From NCBI GenBank assembly GCA_016205145.1, contig JACQJH010000001.1, positions 300,001 to 332,000 of the forward strand: DNA of 32,000 bases, in the 5' to 3' direction. A program made the translations under genes and the position numbers. A model generated the notes under the pieces. It searched no databases. It was not told where the DNA came from and saw nothing but the letters and a program-made list of their open reading frames with translations. Shown here piece by piece: positions 14,938 through 22,788 of this stretch. Each line of letters opens with the position of its first letter. Positions within the stretch are counted from its first letter, which is position 1. Source of the DNA: Candidatus Iainarchaeum sp. (GTDB lineage: Archaea; Iainarchaeota; Iainarchaeia; Iainarchaeales; JACQJH01).

Positions 14938-17220
14938 TTGAAGATCGGCGGTTTTGAGGTTGGCGAGTTTGCGGTCAAGGAGTCCGGCGGAAAAAGGCAC
15001 TGCGTTTTCGACTGCCGCAACTGCGTTTATTCGGCTTCGATTTCGGACGACAAGGCGTGCCGCTACCATGTAGTCCATGCTTTGGGCGAAGTCGATGCCG
15101 ATGACGTTGTCCTGTCCGAGGTTTACCAGCGCGTTTATTCGGAGGACCAGACTAAACTGCTTGCCGAAATTTCCGCCCTGGCCGAAAGGTTCGAGGCCGA
15201 GGGAGTGTGGAGCCTCAAGCATCTCGGCCTGGAGGGCAAGGAATCTGAACCATTTTTGCCGCAGAGGCATGACGCTTTGGTGAGGATCTGCCACGACCTT
15301 CTGCGGTTCGACCCGATTGCGGCTTACATTGCGTGCCTCAACGAGCTGAAGCGCGAGACAAGCAGGTTCAATGAAAGCGATGACGTTTACAGGAAGGCGA
15401 CGCAGCCGTACATCGAAACCCTTCAGATGGTAAGGCGGCTGTTCGAGTCCACTGATCTCGTGCAGCGCTCGAAGGGCCTGATTGCAAGGCTCAAGGAAGC
15501 GCCGGACACAACTGAATTGTACCGGGGCTTTTTCGAGGCCGAAATCAAGCCGAGCTTCATCGGCTCGCGCATTACCTTCGGCGAAACCGAAAAGCTCGAT
15601 CTCCTCGACGAGTATGCTGTGCAGAAGTCCACTGTCCAGATTTTTTCGCATCCCGACAAGGTCGAGAACCTTTACTTTGTCAACCCGCCGGAATATTCCC
15701 TGCCGCCGGACAAGTATTTCATCCTGAGCAAGACGCGCGAAATTGTTTCAGGCTACCAGCCCGGCAGGACGTCTTTGAGCGATGTCAGCAAGTCAAGGAG
15801 ATATTTCGAGCGCATTTACGTTTCGACAATCAAGGATGTAGCGCGCACGGCCAACATTTCCCTGTCGGGCGAGGAGGTTTCCGAACTCGCAGAAATTGTC
15901 GCGCGTTACACCGTCGGCTATGGCACGCTTGAAATCCTTTTGTCTGACAGGAAGCTTACGGACGTTTACCTTGACGCGCCCATCGGCTCGAAGGCGATGT
16001 ATGTGGTGCATTCGGATTTCGGGCAATGCCAGACAAACGTCCTGTACAATGACACTGAAGCGAAGTCGATGGTTTCAAAGCTGCGCGCAATGTCGGGCAG
16101 GCCGTTTGACGAAGCGCATCCGGTCCTTGACTTTGATCTGCCGAGCCTTGAAACGCGCGTAGCAGTAATAGGCCCTCCGCTTTCCCCCGATGGCACGGCT
16201 TTCGCGTTCCGCCTTCACAAGGTTACGCCCTGGACTTTGCCGCAGTTCATTGACCTCAATTTCATCAGCCCGCTTGCCGCCGGCCTCGTAAGCTTTTTGA
16301 TTGACTCGCAGGCGACAACAATCATTACGGGCAGCAGGGGCTCCGGTAAAACTTCTTTGCTTGGCGCGTGCATGCAGGAAATCCCGCAGAATTCTCGCAT
16401 ACTTGTGCAGGAGGACACGCTCGAGCTTCCCGTGGATTACCTGAAGCGCATCGGCTTCAACATCCAGAGGCTGAAGACGCGTTCGCCGATTTCAGTGAGC
16501 GCGACCGAATCGGAGGTTGACCCCGCAGAATCATTGCGCACGGCATTGCGTTTGGGCGACTCCGCGCTCGTGCTGGGCGAAGTGAGAAGCAAGGAAGCCA
16601 AGGTATTGTACGAGGCCATGCGTGTCGGCGCGGCAGGCAACATTGTAATGGGCACTATTCACGGCGATTCCGCTTACGCTGTCTGGGACAGGGTTGTGAA
16701 CGACCTTGAAGTGCCGACCACTTCTTTCAAGGCAACCGACCTCGTGGTTGTCGCCCGTCCCATCAGGTTCGGCGGCTCGCTGAAGCGGCACAGGCGGGTG
16801 GTGCAGGTCACTGAAGTGAAGAAGCACTGGACCGAGGACCCGGAAAGCGAAGGCGGCCTTCTCGACCTAATGCTTTACGACGCGAAAAAGGATTCTTTGG
16901 AACTGCTGGAGGATAATTTCAAGGAATCGGAATTGTTTGAAAAAATTTCGCGCGTTTCCGGACTGTCGATGAAGCAGATGTGGGCCGAGATAAGGCTGCG
17001 CGCCGAATCCAAGTCCTTCCTTGTCGAGCTCAGGCGCAAGCAGAACGTTCCGCAGCTGCTGGAATCCGAGCATTCCATTCTTGCGGCCAACAAGCTTGCA
17101 TTGCTGAAAGAGCAGCAGCTTGAAGAGCACGGTTCGGTTGAAACGGACGAGGTTCTCGGAAAGTGGAAGTACTGGGCGAAGAACGTGCTTTTGCCGAATG
17201 TTTCGAAGAAGAAAAGCTGA
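14938..17220 (+). CDS. Type II/IV secretion system ATPase (GspE/PilB/FlaI-ArlI/VirB11 superfamily), 760 aa, pilus-assembly motor
   Basis: Walker A GSRGSGKT at 16330-16353. An ILVQEDTLELP acidic box, Walker B-like DSALVLGEVRSKEA and a GTIHGDSA His box follow in the canonical order. There are long N-terminal (~300 aa, with CVFDCRNC...ACRYH) and C-terminal (~130 aa) extensions. The only start in frame after the upstream stop (14887-14889) is TTG 14938. Confidence 0.9.
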   Translation: MKIGGFEVGEFAVKESGGKRHCVFDCRNCVYSASISDDKACRYHVVHALGEVDADDVVLSEVYQRVYSEDQTKLLAEISALAERFEAEGVWSLKHLGLEGKESEPFLPQRHDALVRICHDLLRFDPIAAYIACLNELKRETSRFNESDDVYRKATQPYIETLQMVRRLFESTDLVQRSKGLIARLKEAPDTTELYRGFFEAEIKPSFIGSRITFGETEKLDLLDEYAVQKSTVQIFSHPDKVENLYFVNPPEYSLPPDKYFILSKTREIVSGYQPGRTSLSDVSKSRRYFERIYVSTIKDVARTANISLSGEEVSELAEIVARYTVGYGTLEILLSDRKLTDVYLDAPIGSKAMYVVHSDFGQCQTNVLYNDTEAKSMVSKLRAMSGRPFDEAHPVLDFDLPSLETRVAVIGPPLSPDGTAFAFRLHKVTPWTLPQFIDLNFISPLAAGLVSFLIDSQATTIITGSRGSGKTSLLGACMQEIPQNSRILVQEDTLELPVDYLKRIGFNIQRLKTRSPISVSATESEVDPAESLRTALRLGDSALVLGEVRSKEAKVLYEAMRVGAAGNIVMGTIHGDSAYAVWDRVVNDLEVPTTSFKATDLVVVARPIRFGGSLKRHRRVVQVTEVKKHWTEDPESEGGLLDLMLYDAKKDSLELLEDNFKESELFEKISRVSGLSMKQMWAEIRLRAESKSFLVELRRKQNVPQLLESEHSILAANKLALLKEQQLEEHGSVETDEVLGKWKYWAKNVLLPNVSKKKS

Positions 17221-17233
17221 AGGTTTTTTTGAA

Positions 17234-19525
17234 ATGATGCGCAAAACCCGCGATGCCGGCGATTCGTTTTCTTTGGGGCGGCTGTATAGGCAGATTCCTG
17301 GCGAGGACCTGTCCGAAGGCGACCTTGAACGCAAGCTTTTCAAGAAGCCCGTCCCGTTTTTCGTGCGCTTCTGCAGGAACATCCACAAAGCGTTTCCTTC
17401 GCTCGGCAGGGGCGCAAAGTTTGAAAAAAAATTCGCGGAGGCAATCAGCTTCCTGGGCTGGGACCTCAAGGCGGAGGAGCTGTCCGCCGCGTCAAAAATA
17501 GTGCTGCTCGGCTCTGTTGCCCTGGGCTTCATTTTTGTCCTGCTTGCGGTTTTTTCGCCTTTGCGGGACATTTTTTCCGGCATTTTCGGTCCGTTCGGGC
17601 TGATAATGTCAGGCGGCTTTGCCGTGATAATTGTCCTCATGGTTTCCAGTTTTTTCCAGAACTATCCCCTGGGCGTTGCCGAGAAGGAAAAAACGCGCGC
17701 CCTCACGTATGTTCCGGAAATAATGGGCTACATGATAATGTCCATGAAGCTTGTGCCGAACCTTGAGAAGGCGGTCGAGTTTGCCGCCGGCCATGGAAAG
17801 GGGAAAATCGCCGATGATTTCCGCGATGCGATCTGGAACGTTCAGATAGGCGTTTTCTCATCGCTGTCCGAAGCTTTGGATGACCTGGCTTTGCGCTGGG
17901 GAAAATTTTCCGAAGAATTCAAGCGCTCCATGATGATGGTGCGCGCCTCCGTGCTGGAGGGTTCGGAGGACAAGCGCTTCGAGGTACTGGACAAGACAAT
18001 GGACATAATCCTGGATTCGGTGCGCGTCAAAATGGAACGGTATGCACGGGATTTGCAGCAGCCCGCAACCATACTGTTCTATCTGGGCGTCATATTGCCG
18101 CTGATTCTCGTCATCATACTGCCTGTCGGAAGCGCTTTCACGGGCCAGGCTTTTGCCAGGCCGGAAATACTGGCGTTCATCTACAACCTTGCCCTGCCCG
18201 CCCTGACAATTGTTTTTGCGTTCAAGGTAATCAATTCCAGGCCCCCGACTTACGAGCCGCCTGTAATCCCGGACAATTTTCCGTCTCTGCCGCCGAAAGG
18301 CAAAATGAAAATCGGCGGGTCGTTTTTTGACATACGGCTTGTGGTGGCAACAATTTTCCTGATCGGCCTGCTCGGCTCGGTTTTCCTTTCAGCGCAGGGC
18401 ATTCCCCCCAAGTCGATGATTTCCCTGGACGACGTGCAGTTGCTCAAGGCCGACAGGAACAGGGAGGAACTTCTGAAGCAGAAAACCAATTATGAAAACT
18501 ATTTCAGCGAGGGCGGGCCGCTTTACCTGCAGAAGCTCTCGCAGGGCGTTGCTCCTGAGGCTGCAATGGAACAAGTCAGGCTTGAAGAGCTCAAATTTTA
18601 TCTTGCGCCGGAAAACGACGTCACGCCGTACAACCTTTTCTTCGGCCTGATAATAACCATCGGACTGTGCTTTTTCATTTTTTTCCATTTTTCAAGCGTT
18701 TACAAGTTCGAGGCCCAGCAGAAAATAATGCAGATGGAATCAGAGTTCAAGGATTCGCTGTACATTCTTGCCTCGCGGCTCGGAGAAAACAAGCCGATGG
18801 AGGAAGCCTTGCGGCACACAAAGGAGTTTTTGCCCGAACTCACGATTTCCAACCGCGTTTTCGGCCGCACAATGGACAACATAAACCTTTTGGGCATGCC
18901 ATTGGAGGCGGCTGTGTTCGACAAGACTTATGGCGCGATGCGCGACCTGCCGTCAAAAACAATCGGCAGCGGCATGAAACTGATCGTGGATGCCGTGCAA
19001 TTGGGCGTCAACGTTGCAGCGCGCACCCTCATTTCTTTCTCATTGCAGCTTTCCAACATGGAGAAAGTGAACAGGCTCCTGAAAGACCTGATAAACGACA
19101 CAACATCTTCAATGAACACAATGGTGACTTTCGTAATGCCGATCGTCCTTGGCATAACGACCGCGCTGCAGAGGATTGTCCTGAACACTCTCGCAGGAGT
19201 CGCGTCAAGCGGAACGATCCAGAATGCCGGTTCGCAGTCGTCTTTGGGTGGGACGCCGCTGGCCGGCTTTTCCGGAATCTCAACCCAGTTCGCAAGCCCG
19301 GAAGTTCTGCCATCCCTTGCCACGCCATTGCAGTTCCTTTTCATTATCTCGCTTTATGTCCTGGAAATAACAGTAATCATCACCTATTTCAACACTAAAA
19401 TCCAGGAAGACAATGACCTGGCGACAAGGCTTGCAATCGCAAAATCCGTGCCCATAGCTTTAAGCGTTTTCATTCTGGCGGTCATTGTTTCCAACATTGT
19501 CGTGGGCGGCGCGCTGGCAAGCTGA
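17234..19525 (+). CDS. Polytopic pilus/archaellum platform protein (T2SS-F / TadC / FlaJ-ArlJ family), two-domain, ~763 aa
   Basis: Two T2SSF-like helical cytoplasmic repeats are each followed by TM clusters: 'YVPEIMGYMIMSMKLVPNLEKAVEFAA...IADDFRDAIWNVQIGVFSSLSEALDDLALRW' and 'ESEFKDSLYILASRLGENKPMEEALRHT...VFGRTMDNINLLGMPLEAAV'. I prefer ATG 17234, 13 nt after the ATPase stop, over the track start 17120, which overlaps the ATPase gene by 100 nt. Confidence 0.85.
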   Translation: MMRKTRDAGDSFSLGRLYRQIPGEDLSEGDLERKLFKKPVPFFVRFCRNIHKAFPSLGRGAKFEKKFAEAISFLGWDLKAEELSAASKIVLLGSVALGFIFVLLAVFSPLRDIFSGIFGPFGLIMSGGFAVIIVLMVSSFFQNYPLGVAEKEKTRALTYVPEIMGYMIMSMKLVPNLEKAVEFAAGHGKGKIADDFRDAIWNVQIGVFSSLSEALDDLALRWGKFSEEFKRSMMMVRASVLEGSEDKRFEVLDKTMDIILDSVRVKMERYARDLQQPATILFYLGVILPLILVIILPVGSAFTGQAFARPEILAFIYNLALPALTIVFAFKVINSRPPTYEPPVIPDNFPSLPPKGKMKIGGSFFDIRLVVATIFLIGLLGSVFLSAQGIPPKSMISLDDVQLLKADRNREELLKQKTNYENYFSEGGPLYLQKLSQGVAPEAAMEQVRLEELKFYLAPENDVTPYNLFFGLIITIGLCFFIFFHFSSVYKFEAQQKIMQMESEFKDSLYILASRLGENKPMEEALRHTKEFLPELTISNRVFGRTMDNINLLGMPLEAAVFDKTYGAMRDLPSKTIGSGMKLIVDAVQLGVNVAARTLISFSLQLSNMEKVNRLLKDLINDTTSSMNTMVTFVMPIVLGITTALQRIVLNTLAGVASSGTIQNAGSQSSLGGTPLAGFSGISTQFASPEVLPSLATPLQFLFIISLYVLEITVIITYFNTKIQEDNDLATRLAIAKSVPIALSVFILAVIVSNIVVGGALAS

Positions 19526-19537
19526 ATGGTGAGTTGA

Positions 19538-19969
19538 ATGGACGAGCGCGGGCAGTATTTTGAGGGCTTCCGGCTTATAGTGGAAGCGGTAATGGCGCTG
19601 GCAATCCTTGCGATAATTGTCGGGGCAATATCCTATTTCGAGCAATTGCGGATTGACGTCAGCATCAGCCAGATTGAACAGGGCTTTTTCGACTCGTTCG
19701 AGGCATCGGACGGCAGTGTCATAAAAAAATCCGGCCTGGAGATTCCGCAGATGGAGCTTTCCTCGGTTTATTTTGCAAAACAGGTCAACCTCGGCCAGGA
19801 ATGCATTGAATTCGATTCATCCGGCATTTCGAATTATTCCGTTTTTCCCGGCAGGCACGGCATAAAAATAAATTCTCTGACAAAAGCCGACGTTTTCTTC
19901 AAATGCCAGCGCGACACCCTGGGCTGTGACAGCCATTGCACGATCAGCTTCGGCAAAAAGCTTTCCTAG
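19538..19969 (+). CDS. Type IV pilin-like protein (class III signal peptide), 143 aa
   Basis: MDERG|QYFEGFRLIVEAVMALAILAIIVGAI has a short basic head, G-Q, then a ~22-aa hydrophobic helix. GGTGA lies 5 nt upstream of the ATG, which is 12 nt after the platform gene stop. There are 5 Cys in the C-terminal half. Confidence 0.75.
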   Translation: MDERGQYFEGFRLIVEAVMALAILAIIVGAISYFEQLRIDVSISQIEQGFFDSFEASDGSVIKKSGLEIPQMELSSVYFAKQVNLGQECIEFDSSGISNYSVFPGRHGIKINSLTKADVFFKCQRDTLGCDSHCTISFGKKLS

Positions 19970-20081
19970 CCGTTCCGCCGGTTCCCTTTTTTACGAAAAC
20001 GCTTAAATAGTAGTTTCGGGCTTTTACATAGCAAATCAAATGGTTGTTTTCAGGGTGATTTTTTTGGTGCGAAAGTTTTCC

Positions 20082-20645
20082 ATGAACGAAAAAGGCCAGG
20101 CCTTTGACACTTTTAAGCTGCTGATTGCGGCAATCGTTGCAATCGCAATCCTTACAATTCTTTTCCAGATTTTCGGCCTGATTCCGACCAATCTCCTGCA
20201 GTCGAATCCGACCGAGGCCGCGGCCGACAAGCTCAAGACCGCGACGAACAAGCTTGCCTTGGCGCAGACGACCAAGGACGTTGTTTTTGACAGGACGAAC
20301 AACGAGTTCTCGAACAGGCCGATTTCCAAGGTTTCAGGCGTGCCGATCGGGCCGGAACAGATTTGCGTGTTGAGGGGCTATTTTGCCGACAACCCGGAAT
20401 TTGAATTTATATCGGAAGGCCAATCCATTAGCTACAAGGGCAACAGCCCCAAGCCCGCCAAGATAACGGTTTTGTGCGACAGCGGCGCGGGCGAGCTTGC
20501 AAGCGATTTGGAACAGCAGCCACTGCTTGCGGCGGATGTCGAGAAGGACGGCGGCCTTGCTACCTGCGGCAGCCTGCCTGCCTGCACCGAGTCAAGCACT
20601 GAAACCTGCTGCATCATTGTTCTGAGAAGCGGAGGCGGCGCGTAA
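20082..20645 (+). CDS. Type IV pilin-like protein (class III signal peptide), 187 aa; candidate major pilin
   Basis: From ATG 20082 (M15 of the track ORF): MNEKG|QAFDTFKLLIAAIVAIAILTILFQIF, a textbook archaeal prepilin N-terminus. GGTG lies 12 nt upstream. The gene is bracketed by oligo-T tracts (19987-19992 upstream, four tracts downstream). The tail is Cys-rich (...CGSLPACTESSTETCCIIV). Confidence 0.8.
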   Translation: MNEKGQAFDTFKLLIAAIVAIAILTILFQIFGLIPTNLLQSNPTEAAADKLKTATNKLALAQTTKDVVFDRTNNEFSNRPISKVSGVPIGPEQICVLRGYFADNPEFEFISEGQSISYKGNSPKPAKITVLCDSGAGELASDLEQQPLLAADVEKDGGLATCGSLPACTESSTETCCIIVLRSGGGA

Positions 20646-20728
20646 AGCCGCTTCTGTTTTTTTTTCCCGGCGGCTTGTTTTTTTCCTCCCGTCTCCCCGT
20701 TTTTTTTCTTCCGCCTGCCTTGTTTTTT
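20646..20728 (+). terminator. Compound oligo-T terminator region (T9, T7, T8, T6) with one hairpin
   Basis: T runs at 20657-20665, 20678-20684, 20700-20707 and 20723-20728. AGCCGC...GCGGCT pairs across the first T run. Oligo-T tracts in the non-template strand are the known archaeal termination signal. Confidence 0.65.
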
Positions 20729-20738
20729 CCTGCTAAAC

Positions 20739-20748
20739 CTTTATATTC
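20739..20748 (+). promoter_or_regulatory. TATA box (CTTTATATTC) for the downstream pilin-like operon
   Basis: It is centred ~29 nt upstream of ATG 20773, which is leaderless-mRNA geometry, and it directly follows the compound terminator. Confidence 0.5.
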
Positions 20749-20772
20749 AACTTTCTCTTTCTATTATTCTGC

Positions 20773-20952
20773 ATGTTTTCGTTTTCCGAATTGCTGTCCG
20801 AGGAGCGCGCGCAAGGCGAATGGAGTTCGCTTTACATGCTCATCGTGCTCATAATTGCCGCGCTTGTCCTTGTCTCGGTTGTCAAGCCCATGTTCAGGCA
20901 GTCGCAGAAAATCGTCACGCAAAAGGTTGCCGACGCAAAGCAGGGTGCTTAG
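20773..20952 (+). CDS. 59-aa small class III signal peptide protein (minor pilin-like); not in the supplied ORF track
   Basis: My translation: MFSFSELLSEERAQGEWSSLYMLIVLIIAALVLVSVVKPMFRQSQKIVTQKVADAKQGA*. The G-E-x-S-x-x-Y-M-L-I-hydrophobic pattern resembles the short archaeal Class_III signal family (G-Q-x-S-x-E-Y-L-L-I...). The TATA box is at -29, and the stop lies 4 nt before the next pilin start. Confidence 0.55.
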   Translation: MFSFSELLSEERAQGEWSSLYMLIVLIIAALVLVSVVKPMFRQSQKIVTQKVADAKQGA

Positions 20953-20956
20953 CATT

Positions 20957-21529
20957 ATGGACAGCAGAGGCCAGGAATCCGCGCCTTTCGAGTTGCTTGT
21001 TGCGGTCATTGTCATGGGCTTTGTCATCGCCATCGGCTACCAGGCCTTGGGCATTCTGAACAACCAGCTTTGCGAGGGCAAAATCGAGGCTTCCCTGAAC
21101 AATTTCCGGTCAAAGCTTGAAATCGCAGTGACGCAGAAAACCCCGCAGGAATTCTCATTCGAACTGCCATGCTACAACAAGGCGAAAAGCTCGGTGAAAA
21201 TTCAGGAGTGGCGCGATGCGAAGATTTGCGCGAACGAGTGCCAGCGCTCGTCCGACGCGTGCACTTTGCTGACTTACACTTATTCGGGCAGCGAGAACCC
21301 GGATTTTTCCGTGCGCACCTGCCTTGAAATTCCCATCACGACCAGTTTTCCTTCACAGGAAAACTGCGGCACCGGAAGCAAGTGCGACTGCAGGGATGCT
21401 CCGGACCAGGGGGGATTCATTTTGCAGAACTTTTCAATCGCGGTTCCGGACGGGAAATACCAGCTTGTGAACAAGACCGACGTGCAGGACCCGAATCCGA
21501 CTGTCTGCGCGTACTGGAAGGGGCGTTGA
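20957..21529 (+). CDS. Type IV pilin-like protein (class III signal peptide), 190 aa, very Cys-rich
   Basis: From ATG 20957 (M35 of the track ORF): MDSRG|QESAPFELLVAVIVMGFVIAIGYQALG. There are ~11 Cys in the globular part (KICANECQRSSDACTLL, ENCGTGSKCDCRD). Confidence 0.8.
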   Translation: MDSRGQESAPFELLVAVIVMGFVIAIGYQALGILNNQLCEGKIEASLNNFRSKLEIAVTQKTPQEFSFELPCYNKAKSSVKIQEWRDAKICANECQRSSDACTLLTYTYSGSENPDFSVRTCLEIPITTSFPSQENCGTGSKCDCRDAPDQGGFILQNFSIAVPDGKYQLVNKTDVQDPNPTVCAYWKGR

Positions 21530-21573
21530 AGAATGCGTTTTGCTTGGGTTCGTGCGCTTGGAGGTGTTGAGTC

Positions 21574-22215
21574 ATGCTCGGCTTTTCCTTGAGCAAACTG
21601 AACCTGCTGATCTTGGTTGTGGCGCTGTTCGCGATTGTTTCCTATTTCTATCTGGGCCTTTCCGACATTCTCGTGGCGGACAAGGCAAGGCAGGTTGCGG
21701 ACAAGTATTACGGCGAAATCCTGAACAGGGCGCAAACCGATTCCCTGTGCAATTCCAAGACCGGGATAATTTTTCCGCGCTCAATCAGCGTGTCCGGCGG
21801 CGACAGGTTTTACGTGGCGCAGATTTCAAAGTTCGAGCCCGCGGATCCGGACAAGCTGGATTCCGTGGTTTTCAAGGTCGTGAACAGGAAGGACCGGAAA
21901 CTGGTGTATGCCGCGAAATCCTTTGACGTCAACGCGACAATCCGGCTTTTCAGCTGGGACCCGAAGACAAGCACGGTTACCGAGGAACCGCCTGACGGCA
22001 TGATTTCAATCGACCCGCAGTCGGCTCCAAGGCCCGTCGACGGCATGAACGTTGTCAAGGAAACTTTCCAGGGCCAGAATTTCGTTTACGTCATTGCATG
22101 CTCGTCGGTTTCCGGGATTTGCGAGCTTAACTCCGGCATTGTCGGCTGCAAGGTCAAGGCGGAGCGCGGCATTGCGTCAAGCTGCATTGCGCCGGCCGAC
22201 CCGTGCCCGGCATGA
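21574..22215 (+). CDS. Pilin-like / pseudopilin-like membrane-anchored protein, 213 aa
   Basis: MLG|FSLSKLNLLILVVALFAIVSYFYLGL has a very short head with G-F-S-L, then a hydrophobic helix. A strong SD GGAGGTG at 21560-21566 lies 7 nt upstream of the ATG. There are 7 Cys. Confidence 0.7.
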   Translation: MLGFSLSKLNLLILVVALFAIVSYFYLGLSDILVADKARQVADKYYGEILNRAQTDSLCNSKTGIIFPRSISVSGGDRFYVAQISKFEPADPDKLDSVVFKVVNRKDRKLVYAAKSFDVNATIRLFSWDPKTSTVTEEPPDGMISIDPQSAPRPVDGMNVVKETFQGQNFVYVIACSSVSGICELNSGIVGCKVKAERGIASSCIAPADPCPA

Positions 22216-22227
22216 AAAGGTTTTTTT

Positions 22228-22788
22228 ATGCACAGGATTTTTTCGCAGTCAGGGTTTCTTGGCCCGATCGGCGACGATTTGCCCAGCTTAATCCCGCTCA
22301 TTGTTTCGCTTATGGTTTTCTTTTCGACTTTTTCGTTTTCATTCAACGCTTTCGATTCGAAAAAGGAAAGCTTTGATGCCGCGGTTTCCATTCTGCGGGT
22401 TTCAGGCGCTTTGAGGGGCAACTCGTATTTTTCGGGCCTTGCCGACTTCAAGGCGAAATGCTCGCAGATTTCGGACCGGCGCTTCAACTTTGTCGCAGGC
22501 CTGATGGAACTGCCTGAAAACCCTTTCGATCCAGCCGATCCGGCGCATTTCAGGGGCGTGGACATCGCAGATCTCGGCGGAGGCTTTTACAATACGCCTT
22601 CCGACACGGAAAAATTCGAGTGCTCGAACGTCCTGGATCCGGCATCCGATTATCCGGACATTCACAGCAGGGATTTGATTGTGAGGCTTTTTCCGGTCGC
22701 ATTGGAGCTTAACGCGGACGACGGCATTCAAAGCGGCTTTGCAATAAAGCCAATGGTCCTGGTGGTGGCAGTATGGCGCCCCGGCTAG
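22228..22788 (+). CDS. Pilus-operon membrane-anchored protein of unknown function, 186 aa
   Basis: MHRIFSQSGFLGPIGDDLPSLIPLIVSLMVFFSTFSF has one N-terminal hydrophobic helix. The gene starts 12 nt after the preceding stop and overlaps the next gene by 16 nt. I recognise no family motif. Confidence 0.6.
   Translation: MHRIFSQSGFLGPIGDDLPSLIPLIVSLMVFFSTFSFSFNAFDSKKESFDAAVSILRVSGALRGNSYFSGLADFKAKCSQISDRRFNFVAGLMELPENPFDPADPAHFRGVDIADLGGGFYNTPSDTEKFECSNVLDPASDYPDIHSRDLIVRLFPVALELNADDGIQSGFAIKPMVLVVAVWRPG

Noticed and set aside
14878-15651. 257-aa minus-strand ORF opposite the ATPase gene (a similar case is the 257-aa ORF at 16867-17640)
   Set aside because: They are antisense shadows of genes with unambiguous Walker/T2SS-F motifs and have no motifs of their own.
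17120-17233. 5' extension of the platform gene as given in the ORF track (start 17120)
   Set aside because: It would overlap the ATPase gene by 100 nt and add an Arg/Cys-rich, non-conserved-looking peptide. ATG 17234 lies 13 nt after the ATPase stop.
18667-19398. 243-aa plus-strand ORF in an alternative frame of the platform gene
   Set aside because: The product is R/H/G-rich out-of-frame sequence. The annotated frame encodes coherent TM helices and T2SS-F repeats.
20040-20081. Track starts at 20040 and 20855 for two pilin genes
   Set aside because: The internal ATGs 20082 and 20957 give the short charged head plus G-Q cleavage motif expected for class III signal peptides. The 20855 extension is the out-of-frame overlap with the 59-aa ORF.
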